A stretch of 38,473 nt of DNA from Thermodesulfovibrionales bacterium (GTDB lineage: Bacteria > Nitrospirota > Thermodesulfovibrionia > Thermodesulfovibrionales > CALJEL01), in the NCBI GenBank assembly GCA_046292975.1, contig JBKBPW010000003.1, positions 1 through 38,473 on the forward strand, read 5' to 3'. A model generated the notes under the pieces. That model saw nothing but the letters and a program-made list of their open reading frames with translations. It was not told the origin of the DNA and did not search any database. The position numbers and the translations under genes were made by a program. Shown piece after piece: positions 1 to 9,183 of this stretch (its first letter is position 1; the number at the start of each line of letters is the position of its first letter).

Positions 1-237
1 AGTAGTTCAGTTCAGAGTGATTCTGGAGAGGTCTCTTCCACAAAAGTCAAGGAATTAATAAGAAAGATAATCTCTGAGGAAGATCCCTCAAGACCCCTCA
101 GTGATCAACAGATAGTTGAGATATTGAAAAATTCCAACATACACATTGCAAGAAGGACTGTATCTAAATACAGGACTGAATTAAAGATACTTTCTCAGAA
201 TCAGAGAAAAATCTTAGAAAAAAGGGAGGAGCTATGA
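1..237 (+). CDS. rpoN: RNA polymerase sigma-54 factor, C-terminal part (gene starts before the window)
   Basis: Frame 1 translates to ...EDPSRPLSDQQIVEIL...IARRTVSKYRTEL..., which is the PLSD motif plus the RpoN box. The stop TGA at 235-237 overlaps the hpf ATG (ATGA), the usual rpoN-hpf order. Confidence 0.95.
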   Translation, partial: SSSVQSDSGEVSSTKVKELIRKIISEEDPSRPLSDQQIVEILKNSNIHIARRTVSKYRTELKILSQNQRKILEKREEL

Positions 238-761
238 ACATCATTGTCACTGGAAGAAATCTTGAAATTACACCGGCATTAAGAGATTATGCTGAAAAGA
301 AGATAACAAAGTTTGAGAGGTATCTCTCAAATATTACAGAGGCGATTGTAACACTCAGTATCCAGAAATACCAGCATAAGGCTGAAGTCCTTATTAAGGC
401 AAATGGTTATATGATTCAGGCAGAAGGTGTAACAGGAGAGATCTATTCATCCATTGATGAGGTGGTGGAAAAACTTGAAAAGCAGATTAAAAAATATAAG
501 GAAAAGATAAATTCCCACAGAAAGGGAGAAAATAAAGGCTCTTTAACTGCATCAAGCTCCAGTTCTTTATCTGAAAAGGAGCCAAGGATTATAAAGGTCA
601 AGAGATTTGATATAAAGCCCATGAGTCCTGAGGAGGCTGCCATGCAGATGGAGCTCCTTGATAAAGACTTTTTTGTCTTTGAAAATGAAAGGACAGGTCA
701 GTTTAATGTTATATACAAAAGAACTGACGGGAATTATGGTCTCATAGAGCCTGCGAAATAG
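234..761 (+). CDS. hpf: Ribosome hibernation promoting factor, long form (RaiA/HPF with C-terminal dimerisation domain)
   Basis: MNIIVTGRNLEITPALRDYAEKKI N-terminus and KPMSPEEAAMQMELL...VIYKRTDGNYGLIEP C-terminus. GGAGGAG SD upstream; follows rpoN. Confidence 0.96.
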   Translation: MNIIVTGRNLEITPALRDYAEKKITKFERYLSNITEAIVTLSIQKYQHKAEVLIKANGYMIQAEGVTGEIYSSIDEVVEKLEKQIKKYKEKINSHRKGENKGSLTASSSSSLSEKEPRIIKVKRFDIKPMSPEEAAMQMELLDKDFFVFENERTGQFNVIYKRTDGNYGLIEPAK

Positions 762-795
762 AATAGGCTGAAGATTTAATGACGTGTGAATAGTG

Positions 796-863
796 CCCCG
801 CACCCACTGCAGATGGACGGGCTTGCGAGAGGGTATACTTTACCGTCTGCAGTGGGTGCGGGG
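796..863 (+). repeat. GC-rich 21-bp inverted repeat (large hairpin) downstream of hpf
   Basis: ccccgcacccactgcagatgg (796-816) pairs with ccgtctgcagtgggtgcgggg (843-863). The single mismatch is a U-G wobble on the + strand. Confidence 0.85.
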
Positions 864-910
864 AGGCTGAAGGCTTAGGCGTTAGGTGATAGCCTTCAGC
901 CTATTTTCTT
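864..910 (+). terminator. Probable Rho-independent terminator of rpoN-hpf, built from AGGCTGA heptamers
   Basis: aggctgaaggct (864-875) / agccttcagcct (891-902) form a perfect 12-bp stem followed by attttctt; lies between convergent hpf and dapB. Confidence 0.6.
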
Positions 911-961
911 CCCCAATTCACCTCTTCACCAATTCACCAATGTTATTCACTGCTTCACCAA
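909..961. repeat. Degenerate octamer tandem repeat (TTCACCAA)
   Basis: ttccccaa|ttcacctc|ttcaccaa|ttcaccaa|tgtta|ttcactgc|ttcaccaa. Confidence 0.75.
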
Positions 962-979
962 CTTAAGCCTATTGTCTAA

Positions 980-1783
980 TTACTTAAGTCCAAGCACATC
1001 TTGCATATCATAGAATCCAGCTGGTTTATCCATTATCCATCGGGCAGCCCTCAATGCTCCCTTTGCAAAGGTATCCCTGCTTGATGCCTTATGGGTTATC
1101 TCAATCCTCTCACCTGTCCCGGCAAAAATCACAGTATGTTCGCCAACAATATCACCTGCCCTTATGGTCTGTATACCTATCTCCTTTTTAGTCCTTTCAC
1201 CTATTACGCCCTTTCTTGTATAAACTGCCACCTCATCAAGATTCCTCCTGAGGGTATCGGCAATAACCTGTGCCATCTTCATTGCAGTTCCACTTGGTGC
1301 ATCCTTTTTCAATCTGTGATGGGCCTCTATGATCTCTATGTCATATTCATCTCCAAGAACCCTTGCAATATCTTGAAGAACCTTGAGCAGAAGATTTACA
1401 CCAACACTCATGTTAGGTGCTATTACGCAGGGGATCTTACTTGAAAGTGCCCTGAGTTCCCCAAGCTCGTCCTTTGAAAAACCAGTTGTTCCTATCACCA
1501 TTGCCTTTTTAAGCTCAACAGCAAGCCTGAGATGCTCCAGTGTGATACCGGGAAAGGAAAATTCTATAATAACATCTGCATCCTTAAATGCCCTGTGAGG
1601 CTCATCTGTAAGGATAACACCTGTTTCCTTGAGACCCAGTAAAGGGCCTATGTCCTTTCCTGTATCTTCATGCCCTTTTCTTTCCAGCGCTCCCTTTAAA
1701 ACAAAGCCTTCTTCCTGAAGACCGAGGCTTATGATCCTGCTACCCATCCTTCCTAAGGCTCCTGAAACAGCAAAGGAAATCAT
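980..1783 (-). CDS. dapB: 4-hydroxy-tetrahydrodipicolinate reductase
   Basis: GALGRMG nucleotide-binding loop, VIGTTG, APNMSVG, EAHHRLKKDAPSGTA catalytic motif. AGGAGG SD upstream. Confidence 0.98.
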   Translation of the reverse strand: MISFAVSGALGRMGSRIISLGLQEEGFVLKGALERKGHEDTGKDIGPLLGLKETGVILTDEPHRAFKDADVIIEFSFPGITLEHLRLAVELKKAMVIGTTGFSKDELGELRALSSKIPCVIAPNMSVGVNLLLKVLQDIARVLGDEYDIEIIEAHHRLKKDAPSGTAMKMAQVIADTLRRNLDEVAVYTRKGVIGERTKKEIGIQTIRAGDIVGEHTVIFAGTGERIEITHKASSRDTFAKGALRAARWIMDKPAGFYDMQDVLGLK

Positions 1784-1884
1784 AATGAAATACCTCCTTA
1801 CTTAAGGATACCTTGAAAATCAAGGCATTCACACTGCATGTAAGGCTTATGATGGATTAATAACTTATTACTCATTTACGCCTG

Positions 1885-2085
1885 TTACTCAGGATGCCCT
1901 GTAGTTAAATCTTCCTGTCTTTCTGTTTCCTTTATCTCTTTATCCTGTTCCACCACGGGTATCCTGTATTCCTCAGAGGCCCATTTACCGAGGTCAATAA
2001 GCTTGCACCTTTCAGAACAGAAGGGCCTCCAGGGATTTTCATGCCATGTGGTAACAGTCTTACATATGGGACAGATAATCTTCAT
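1885..2085 (-). CDS. yacG: DNA gyrase inhibitor YacG (zinc finger)
   Basis: CPIC...[26 protein letters not shown] signature. Confidence 0.95.
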   Translation of the reverse strand: MKIICPICKTVTTWHENPWRPFCSERCKLIDLGKWASEEYRIPVVEQDKEIKETERQEDLTTGHPE

Positions 2086-2166
2086 ATTAGAATTTTAACA
2101 TAAATATTCATCAATAATAATTACCTGGAAATTGCCGATAGAATATCTACAACGAACCTTAAATAA

Positions 2167-2398
2167 AATAGGCTGAAGGCTTAAGGCTGAAGGTATAGTA
2201 ATACAGGCGTCTCGCCTGTTGAAAAAGGCTGAAGAAAGTAGGCTGAAGGCTGAAAGGGCAATCCTTGTGGTTGCCTAAGATACAGGAGATAGGCTTTACT
2301 ACTGGAGAATAGGAAATAGGAGATGGGGAAATCCCTCTCTCCCATCTCCTATTGGCTATATCCTATGTAAGATGGCCAGGGACAAGCCCTGGCCCTAC
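2167..2398. repeat. Cluster of REP-like palindromes and AGGCTGA heptamer repeats
   Basis: Five AGGCTGA copies at 2170-2253. Palindromes: acaggcg-tct-cgcctgt (2203-2219), ggcaatc-cttgt-ggttgcc (2257-2275), a perfect 13-bp IR (2315-2327/2341-2353), and GTAG-GGCCAGGG-cttgt-CCCTGGCC on the minus strand (2398-2374). Confidence 0.75.
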
Positions 2399-2414
2399 TA
2401 TTTATCTATTTCCC

Positions 2415-4241
2415 TTAAGGTGCTGTTGTAAATTTATAAAGCTCACTTTCTGTTACTCCACCCTTGCCATCATCAGCTACTACCTTCCAGTAATAGGTTG
2501 TCCCATTTTGAAGCCCAGATACTGTGTAAGAAACCTCTTGAGAAGGAGGATTGCCTCCACCACCAGTACCTCCACCACCAGTACCTCCACCACCAGTACC
2601 TCCACCGCCAGTGCCTCCACCAGTACCACCACCGCTATCTCCACCACCTCCACAGGAGCCAAGAACAAGTACACCAGCAATTATTATAGCCATAATAACA
2701 ATGCCTATCCCCTTCCTCTTTCTTGATACCACCAGACTAACAACACCTCCAAATAATGCAATAGGAATTATCTGGTATAAAGAGGCAAAGGCATAACCAT
2801 GGCTGTTTGAATTGGAGGCAACTGTGATAGGTTGCACATTTGTGAAACTTTGGTCTGTTCCATAGTAAAGTTTATATTTAATTGTATCTCCATCTGGATC
2901 TGTAGATTTCGTCCACTTGAATGTAACAGCTGTGGGTAGGTTAGTAGAGCCATTAGATGGATAGATAAGTGTTGGTTTTGAAGGAGCATGGTTGGTGGTA
3001 GTTCCACCGCCTATGAACTCACCATAGACATCACACTCTGAGCTGAATATAGTGCTACCACATTTATTTATCAGAGCCAGAAAGCCAGCAGAGCTATCAT
3101 ATTCAATTATACCACCAAATTCTATACCAGCACCAGCACTGATATCAAAGGGATTGCCTATCATCATATCCTTTGTGCTTACATACCTTGCCCTTATATC
3201 CCAGCATGTCCCTTCTGTGCTGTCACAGACTCCTAAGTTAGAGGTATCTGGTGTGTAATCATTGTAGGCAACGATGAACTTTTTACCATCAAACCCTATA
3301 GTAGGAACAATCTGTGAGCCATTCTGTTTTATATAAAATGGTCCACTTATAATTTTCCCATCAGTTCCAACTATGATACCCTTAATGTCCCAGTTACCAG
3401 TTCCTGCCTGTGAGCATGGTATATAATCCGTCCCCCTCTGCTCATGGTAGGCAATTAGATAGGAACCAAGACCGAATTTAACATATGGAGGGTTATCGCT
3501 GCATCTTGGGTCTGAATCTACTTCGAATTCTACTCCTAGGGTGCCATCAGGTGCAACAAATCTTGCCATGACAATCTTGTCCTTACTATCTTCAATCCAT
3601 ACAACAAGGAAATTTGTTCCATCAAAATCTACTGCAGGCATACGACCATTACCAGAGCTTATCCTAAATTCAGGACCTACAGTGCCATCAGTTGATACAA
3701 TTCTACCAGCTATATACATGTTATCATATTTTTTTCCTTGTGATGGGTCAATAAGCTTTGTATAAACAACTAAATATTTGTTACTGCCATCAAAGGCAAT
3801 TCGTTTAACACTATCACCATCTATGCCTTTAGAACTTATAGAGAATGGTTGTCCAACGGAATTACCATTTTTATCAACAAATAATCCCCATATTTGCAGA
3901 TAACTGTAATCCCGTTGTGTATTGCCATTTGAATCTTCCCATGTCATGAGATATTTTGTTCCATCAAAGGCAACACCCGTAGCAAAGAAACCTCTCCTGC
4001 CAGTGTCAATGGTTTTCAGAATAGTTCCATCACTTTTGAATAATACAGCCTTTATAGGACCACTTACATCCCAGGTCCCTTGTGCAATACTAACAAGGAA
4101 ATTCCCGTTACCATCACCTGCTCCTGCAAGACCTATGTCAGGCACTGAAGGCTGGTTAGAGATCGGAAAAGAAAAAGAAGGACCTGAAGCAATCATGACC
4201 AGGAACATAACAGATAGAAATATCAAACTGCCTTTCCTCAT
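2415..4241 (-). CDS. Secreted, Cys-containing beta-repeat (propeller-like) surface protein with a C-terminal FN3-like domain interrupted by a transmembrane hairpin and internal lipobox
   Basis: N-terminal signal peptide and repeated (A/D/G)FDG-x-(K/N)-(Y/F)-L-(V/M) blades. C-terminus reads NHAPSKPTLIYP...FKWTKSTDPDGDTIKYKLY, then TM-RKRK-TM-LGSC-(G4T)n, then YTVSGLQNGTTYYWKVVADDGKGG...YKFTT. Confidence 0.7.
   Translation of the reverse strand: MRKGSLIFLSVMFLVMIASGPSFSFPISNQPSVPDIGLAGAGDGNGNFLVSIAQGTWDVSGPIKAVLFKSDGTILKTIDTGRRGFFATGVAFDGTKYLMTWEDSNGNTQRDYSYLQIWGLFVDKNGNSVGQPFSISSKGIDGDSVKRIAFDGSNKYLVVYTKLIDPSQGKKYDNMYIAGRIVSTDGTVGPEFRISSGNGRMPAVDFDGTNFLVVWIEDSKDKIVMARFVAPDGTLGVEFEVDSDPRCSDNPPYVKFGLGSYLIAYHEQRGTDYIPCSQAGTGNWDIKGIIVGTDGKIISGPFYIKQNGSQIVPTIGFDGKKFIVAYNDYTPDTSNLGVCDSTEGTCWDIRARYVSTKDMMIGNPFDISAGAGIEFGGIIEYDSSAGFLALINKCGSTIFSSECDVYGEFIGGGTTTNHAPSKPTLIYPSNGSTNLPTAVTFKWTKSTDPDGDTIKYKLYYGTDQSFTNVQPITVASNSNSHGYAFASLYQIIPIALFGGVVSLVVSRKRKGIGIVIMAIIIAGVLVLGSCGGGGDSGGGTGGGTGGGGTGGGGTGGGGTGGGGNPPSQEVSYTVSGLQNGTTYYWKVVADDGKGGVTESELYKFTTAP
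2554..2653 (-). repeat. 15-bp tandem repeat encoding a GGGGT linker
   Basis: cctccaccaccagta repeated on the + strand, inside the 608-aa CDS. Confidence 0.9.
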
Positions 4242-4312
4242 AAAGACCTCCTCTTAACATTATTAAGCTTGCCCAAGGCAAGCTATACTCTAGCTTTGTT
4301 ACCTCTAACATA

Positions 4313-4341
4313 ATTATATTCTACATATTCAATGTTGTCAA
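4313..4341 (-). promoter_or_regulatory. Perfect-consensus sigma-70 promoter for the 608-aa surface protein
   Basis: Minus strand TTGACA (4341-4336), 17-nt spacer, TATAAT (4318-4313). A 5'-UTR hairpin agcttgcc-caa-ggcaagct (4266-4284) and a GAGGAGG SD follow. Confidence 0.85.
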
Positions 4342-4392
4342 TCAGCCGCGTTTCCTCAAAAATAATCTCTTCGAAGTGGAATGGTATAACCT

Positions 4393-6411
4393 TTACTCCT
4401 TTGTCCTCCTAAAAAATATGAGGCCTGTAAAGGCAACAATAATAATGATTGCTATTTGCGGATACTGGATGCTATAGACCAAAGGTGTAAGCATTATCCT
4501 GGTAGCTATTTTTAAGGACTCATGTCTGCTTATGATATTTGCTATAGGTGGTGATATCCTGTAATAGAATTCTACAAATCTTCTACCTATAGCATTTGTC
4601 ATAAGATATTTGTCTCTCCATACTCTTAAGATCTGCACATGTGGATTAAGGTAGCTTCCGTAAGCTGCTGTTGCAATAAAACAGCCTCCCCCACTACTTC
4701 CGCTATTACCACCTCCCCCACTACTTCCGCTGTTACCACCTCCCCCACTACTTCCGCTGTTACTTGTTATATTTGCGATAACAGAATTTGAGAGCCCTGA
4801 CTCATCTCCTGATGAATCCACAGCACTTACCTGATAGATGTAACCATTTTGAGCAGAGTTATCTGTAAAGGACAGAGATGTTGTCTGGTCAAGATATGAA
4901 CCATTTCTATAAATTTTATAATAGGATGCACCATCTACAGGGCTCCATGAAAGGGTCTTTGAATTTATTGTAAGGCCCTGAGGTGGAAGAGGGCCAAAGC
5001 CTATAAGCAGGGTTATATTGCCTCCGCTTTCATTTATATTCCTCAGATTTACCCATCCATAAGGTGTATAGGGATTGGATGAGGGATTTCCAACAGGTGT
5101 AAGGTGATTCTTCCCGGTAATTCCAGGAAATGGGTCAGAGGGGCTACCGCAGTCATCATTTCCTGAGCATCCATATTTCAGGAGATTCCAGTCACCATCT
5201 GCCTCTATGAGCTTTACTCCAGGCCTATAAAGGCTATTGTTTATAGTATTTGAATTAATATTCTGGTTTATGACATCTTCATCTATGAGCCAGACAAGAA
5301 GTCCGTGACCTGGAAGACCCTTATCAAAACCTGTTAATTGTCTGTTTTCAAGTAAAAGGTATTGATTTACTGTGGATGTTGATGCCTGAAGTTTTATTAT
5401 CTCTGGATATGTCTCAATTGGAGAAAGGATTTTCTGAACTCCATCAGAAGATATCTCCTCAGGTGTGACCCATCCGAGGTATACCTTACTCCATGCATCA
5501 GGATGGCTGGGAGAGCTACCATAGATACATGAACCGTTACTACAGGTTAAAGGGTCACTGTTATAAATTCCATCACCCATAAGACTCCACCTGCCCACTC
5601 CATCAAGAAGGCATATCAGATTTGTGCAGTAAAGATCAGGAAGCCCAAGCCAGTGAGCAAATTCATGGACATAAACTCCAAAGGGGTCAACAACTATATT
5701 ATCCTGAGAACCTGTCTGTGGCATGATGATAGCCTCTTTAATCTGCCTTCCATCTACTGTAAGGCAGTTTGTGCCAGTATCATTGGGTGATATGCATGCA
5801 TCCTGATAATAAAGAGACCAGATGTCCTTCGGTGTATCACCATTTAAATCTGTCTCCTCACCAGCACCTGCGTGAATTATGAATATGGCGTCATACTGGC
5901 TGAAATCAATATCGCTATCTGCCTGAGTGATACTGTCATATATGAGGTTTTCAAGGGCACTGTAACTCTCATCACCATAATAGGACATTGAATGGGGAAG
6001 GATATAGATCTTCTGAGATATAGTGATATTAACTTGGAGTTTTCCATATGATGCCTCTGACCAGTAATTGATAAATTTATCCTTTGCATTATTCAACCAG
6101 TAATCAGGATCATTATTCGGGCATCCTGTCTGGGAGCCACACCATTGCCATGTTCCATTTCCTGTAGTCTGAGGGTCATCAGGAGATTCATTCTGAAACT
6201 GGACCCTTAAGAATAACACATTCACAGTAGCTGGATACTGAATCGGTGCAAATAATGCCATTGGCATCTTTTTAGCGAGCCTTTCTTTTATAGGAATGCC
6301 AGGTCTTTCAACAGGCTCCTTTTTTGTCTTTGTGATATGGGGTGCTCCAAAAACTAATGAGTGCAAAAAGAACAAAGATATAATAAATAAAACCCTTATG
6401 CCCGCTATCAT
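4393..6411 (-). CDS. M6-family (immune inhibitor A-like) metalloprotease with an FN3-like domain and a CFI-box C-terminal domain
   Basis: Signal peptide; [49 protein letters not shown]-terminal [14 protein letters not shown]...LRVWRD..L...GRRFV.FYY..SPPIA followed by a TM segment and basic tail. Confidence 0.9.
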   Translation of the reverse strand: MIAGIRVLFIISLFFLHSLVFGAPHITKTKKEPVERPGIPIKERLAKKMPMALFAPIQYPATVNVLFLRVQFQNESPDDPQTTGNGTWQWCGSQTGCPNNDPDYWLNNAKDKFINYWSEASYGKLQVNITISQKIYILPHSMSYYGDESYSALENLIYDSITQADSDIDFSQYDAIFIIHAGAGEETDLNGDTPKDIWSLYYQDACISPNDTGTNCLTVDGRQIKEAIIMPQTGSQDNIVVDPFGVYVHEFAHWLGLPDLYCTNLICLLDGVGRWSLMGDGIYNSDPLTCSNGSCIYGSSPSHPDAWSKVYLGWVTPEEISSDGVQKILSPIETYPEIIKLQASTSTVNQYLLLENRQLTGFDKGLPGHGLLVWLIDEDVINQNINSNTINNSLYRPGVKLIEADGDWNLLKYGCSGNDDCGSPSDPFPGITGKNHLTPVGNPSSNPYTPYGWVNLRNINESGGNITLLIGFGPLPPQGLTINSKTLSWSPVDGASYYKIYRNGSYLDQTTSLSFTDNSAQNGYIYQVSAVDSSGDESGLSNSVIANITSNSGSSGGGGNSGSSGGGGNSGSSGGGCFIATAAYGSYLNPHVQILRVWRDKYLMTNAIGRRFVEFYYRISPPIANIISRHESLKIATRIMLTPLVYSIQYPQIAIIIIVAFTGLIFFRRTKE
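4685..4763 (-). repeat. 27-bp tandem repeat (about 3 copies) encoding an NSGSSGGGG linker
   Basis: cctcccccactacttccgctRttacca x3, immediately N-terminal to the CFI box. Confidence 0.9.
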
Positions 6412-7079
6412 TATCTCTTTTCTCCAGAAATTCTTAGCTCTTCCTTTACTATGAATTGATACCCCTCGTCTGTCTCTATAATCTTTCCTCTTAAAACCAC
6501 AGGCATTCCTATTATATCAGACATAACCCTTGGCCCTTTATTCTTAAACAGACCCTTCACAGCCTCAATAGGAAGCCATGGTTTTAGTAGTATCTCTTTT
6601 TGCCTGTCTGTGATAAAAAATTTTGAATCTTTATCAAAATATCCACCTTTATGGGTAATCCATCCTGTAAGGATAAAGTCATCCACAGGCAATCTTTCCA
6701 TTGCCTCAGATACTGTTATTGCACCCATCTTTAATCCTTTGATAATCACATAAGAGTCCTTTATATCCTTTGCTCCTGAGAATCTTGTCCTGAATTTTTT
6801 ATCTTCAAGGACAACGAGTGAGGGTACACCCTTTAGGGCATATCTTTCTTTTAGTTCTTTTGTTCCACTTTTAACAGGGAATGGAAGCTCAGGTGCCTCC
6901 TTTTTTCCATAAAGGATGCCTTCAACAGGGAATTCCTCATTTAATTCTTTTACATAAGGCATCACCTCTTTACAATGAGGACAGGTAGCAGAGAAGAAGA
7001 GGAGGAGTTTTAGCTCAGAGGCTGAGGCAGTAGATATAAAAAAAGCACATAGACTCAATATCAAAAAGACCTTTTTCAT
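6411..7079 (-). CDS. Exported thioredoxin-fold protein (CPHC) with a C-terminal beta-rich (OB-like) domain
   Basis: Signal peptide; FFSATCPHC and GVPSLVV cis-Pro motif. Stop overlaps the M6 start (TAATG). Confidence 0.8.
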   Translation of the reverse strand: MKKVFLILSLCAFFISTASASELKLLLFFSATCPHCKEVMPYVKELNEEFPVEGILYGKKEAPELPFPVKSGTKELKERYALKGVPSLVVLEDKKFRTRFSGAKDIKDSYVIIKGLKMGAITVSEAMERLPVDDFILTGWITHKGGYFDKDSKFFITDRQKEILLKPWLPIEAVKGLFKNKGPRVMSDIIGMPVVLRGKIIETDEGYQFIVKEELRISGEKR

Positions 7080-7089
7080 TGGATTTAAG

Positions 7090-7119
7090 ACTCAGGCGGG
7101 GCATATGCCCCGCCTGAGT
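7090..7119. repeat. Perfect 30-bp palindrome downstream of the large lipoprotein gene (mRNA-stabilising hairpin or partial terminator)
   Basis: actcaggcggggcat|atgccccgcctgagt; no U-tract on the minus strand. Confidence 0.85.
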
Positions 7120-7123
7120 GTGG

Positions 7124-9109
7124 TTATCTCCTCAAGCCCTTTGCCTTCTTTGGTGCAAACATTCCAAAGGCACCATCATGCCAGAGCTCAAGATTAGGAT
7201 CATGGGCCTTAACCGTAACACTTCCGTTTGTCTCAACTACTATATCAGCAACTGCAAACCAGGCATTCGGATTATGACCTCCTTCATGATCGGAGGCTGT
7301 ATATGTGCAGTTGTAAGGCCCAAATATGGAATCGCCTATTTGGATTGTCACTGTATTGGACACTGTAACAGGACAGCTCCAGTTGTTCATAGATACAACA
7401 TAATACCCTGGAAGTAGCACAGTGGCTGTGAAATGCTCAAGACCACCCTTAGTGTTATCATAGTCTTTCCCATTTATGTCAAGACCAACATCAGCAATCC
7501 CATCACCTGTTATGTCCAAGTATTGTTCAAAATCAGAAACACCATCTCCATTAATATCGGGATTACTTCCATCCTTCTGGTGCCAATCAATATACCATGT
7601 GCCTTTAGTGGTGCTTGTCGGAGTCGTTGTGTTGTAGTAATTGACATGGATATCGGTATAGCACTTCAGGAGTCCATTCGGATCTGAATCTTTTGAGGAA
7701 GATGTGATTGTCATTGTATTGCCTGTAGTAGTCCCACCTGTCCCGCTTGGTGGAGGTGTCTCCTCATCCATTGTCTCAAAATCACAGAGTTGTGCAAGCT
7801 CGTCTTCACTGGCATAATTAGTAGTCTCTCCTGAATCCTGCTGACCATTATTGTTTGCATCAAACCATACTGTTACGGTGTCATCATTGTTCCATATAAT
7901 ATGGGTGTTGGTATTGATAGTGATGTGACCACTAATTGGACCCTTATTATCTCCATGGACATTATGAATAGGTGCCACTGTGTTAAATACAAAGGTCCCC
8001 TCAAAGCATGTGTCAGGTGTGAAGTCAGAAGCCACAGTTCCGCTTACTTTAATATCATCATAGGTGTTTGTTCCTGTGGAATCAAGTTTGAAATTACTAT
8101 ACATTATAGACACACTATTTTGATTCCCTGCCTCTGTCCAGCTTTCACTAAACTTTCCATTTGTGGTTATAGAAGCAGTATAGGTTCCCGTGGTAGTATT
8201 GAAATTGTATTCAAAGTCATTCTTAAGGTTTGTGAATGTCATGCTGTAGTCAGCATTATCAAGGTAGTCGTGAATACTCATTGAGCCATTGATAGTCATT
8301 GCCGTTGTTCCACTTGTTTGTGACCCTGATATTGTATAGGCTGTCTGAAGACCTGACATGCTCATCTTTGAAACCAGTGTCGCATAGTTATTTTCAAATT
8401 CAAGGATTGTAAATGGACTATTCTGGTTGCCAAAGGTCTCTGTAAATGTATATCCTGTCTGAGAGGCTGAACCAGTAAGATAAACAGGTCCGTTAAACTG
8501 AGCATCGCCTTCCCTGCAGTTATCAAATGTCATATCCAGATTAAAGGTATCGTCAAGGGGATTATCTGGTGTATTGTTATCATTACGGGAGCCGCTGTAG
8601 GTAAAGGTCCCACCATTATTACAATTTTTTGTACCTGGTCCTATGGGTGTAACAGTCTTCATTGTCATTGCCTTTTTAAGTGCATCTGCTGCAGCCATTA
8701 CTGCCTTTGACTTCGCAAACTTGCCTGAGAGCTTGATTGCCTTTGCCATACCAGGGTCAGGTTTGAGGGACTCTGGCATCTTAAACTCAGGTGCACTACC
8801 TACAAGACCACTTAACCCCAAATTTCCGAGATTTTGAAATGTAGTTGTGCTTCCATGTGCCATTGCTCCAGCCTGCCCAGCTGTTGAGGCAGCTTGAGTT
8901 GCCTGCTGGTTGTTGGATATCTGTGTTCCACCACCTCCTGTTCCACCACCGCCTGTTCCACCACCACCGCCTGTTCCACCACCACCTGTTCCACCACCGC
9001 CTGTTCCACCACCGCCTGTTCCACCACCGCCACCTCCGCAGGCAGTGAAGATAAGGCTAAGGCTGGCAAATATTACCAGAAGCAAAATAAATAGCTTAAA
9101 CCTCTTCAT
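7124..9109 (-). CDS. Large lipoprotein with a Gly/Thr tether, beta-rich domains and Ca-binding-like DxDxDG motifs
   Basis: Lipobox IFTA-C followed by (GGGGT)n; CNNGG...FDNC; DANNNGQQDSGE, DINGDGVSDFE, DITGDGIAD. AGGAGG SD upstream. Confidence 0.8.
   Translation of the reverse strand: MKRFKLFILLLVIFASLSLIFTACGGGGGGTGGGGTGGGGTGGGGTGGGGGTGGGGTGGGGTQISNNQQATQAASTAGQAGAMAHGSTTTFQNLGNLGLSGLVGSAPEFKMPESLKPDPGMAKAIKLSGKFAKSKAVMAAADALKKAMTMKTVTPIGPGTKNCNNGGTFTYSGSRNDNNTPDNPLDDTFNLDMTFDNCREGDAQFNGPVYLTGSASQTGYTFTETFGNQNSPFTILEFENNYATLVSKMSMSGLQTAYTISGSQTSGTTAMTINGSMSIHDYLDNADYSMTFTNLKNDFEYNFNTTTGTYTASITTNGKFSESWTEAGNQNSVSIMYSNFKLDSTGTNTYDDIKVSGTVASDFTPDTCFEGTFVFNTVAPIHNVHGDNKGPISGHITINTNTHIIWNNDDTVTVWFDANNNGQQDSGETTNYASEDELAQLCDFETMDEETPPPSGTGGTTTGNTMTITSSSKDSDPNGLLKCYTDIHVNYYNTTTPTSTTKGTWYIDWHQKDGSNPDINGDGVSDFEQYLDITGDGIADVGLDINGKDYDNTKGGLEHFTATVLLPGYYVVSMNNWSCPVTVSNTVTIQIGDSIFGPYNCTYTASDHEGGHNPNAWFAVADIVVETNGSVTVKAHDPNLELWHDGAFGMFAPKKAKGLRR
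8926..9037 (-). repeat. 15/18-bp tandem repeat encoding a GGGGT tether
   Basis: gttccaccaccgcct repeated about 6 times. Confidence 0.9.
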
Positions 9110-9183
9110 ACTAACCTCCTAAGCATTTTTTGAGGCCTCCAAAGAAGGCCTGATAGGTTACCAAAGAGACCCTACTTAACTTA

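Noticed and set aside
796-863. 6S RNA or SRP RNA
   Set aside because: No SRP GNRA-loop motif, and too short and too perfectly paired for 6S; kept only as an unexplained hairpin
2352-2796. Poly-Pro, HHQYL-repeat and Ser/Thr-repeat ORFs on other frames
   Set aside because: Shadows of the 15-bp Gly-linker repeat of the 608-aa gene
8812-9122. Several repeat ORFs (PPPPV, HHRLF, STTAC, VVEQA)
   Set aside because: Alternate-frame readings of the GGGGT tether of the lipoprotein
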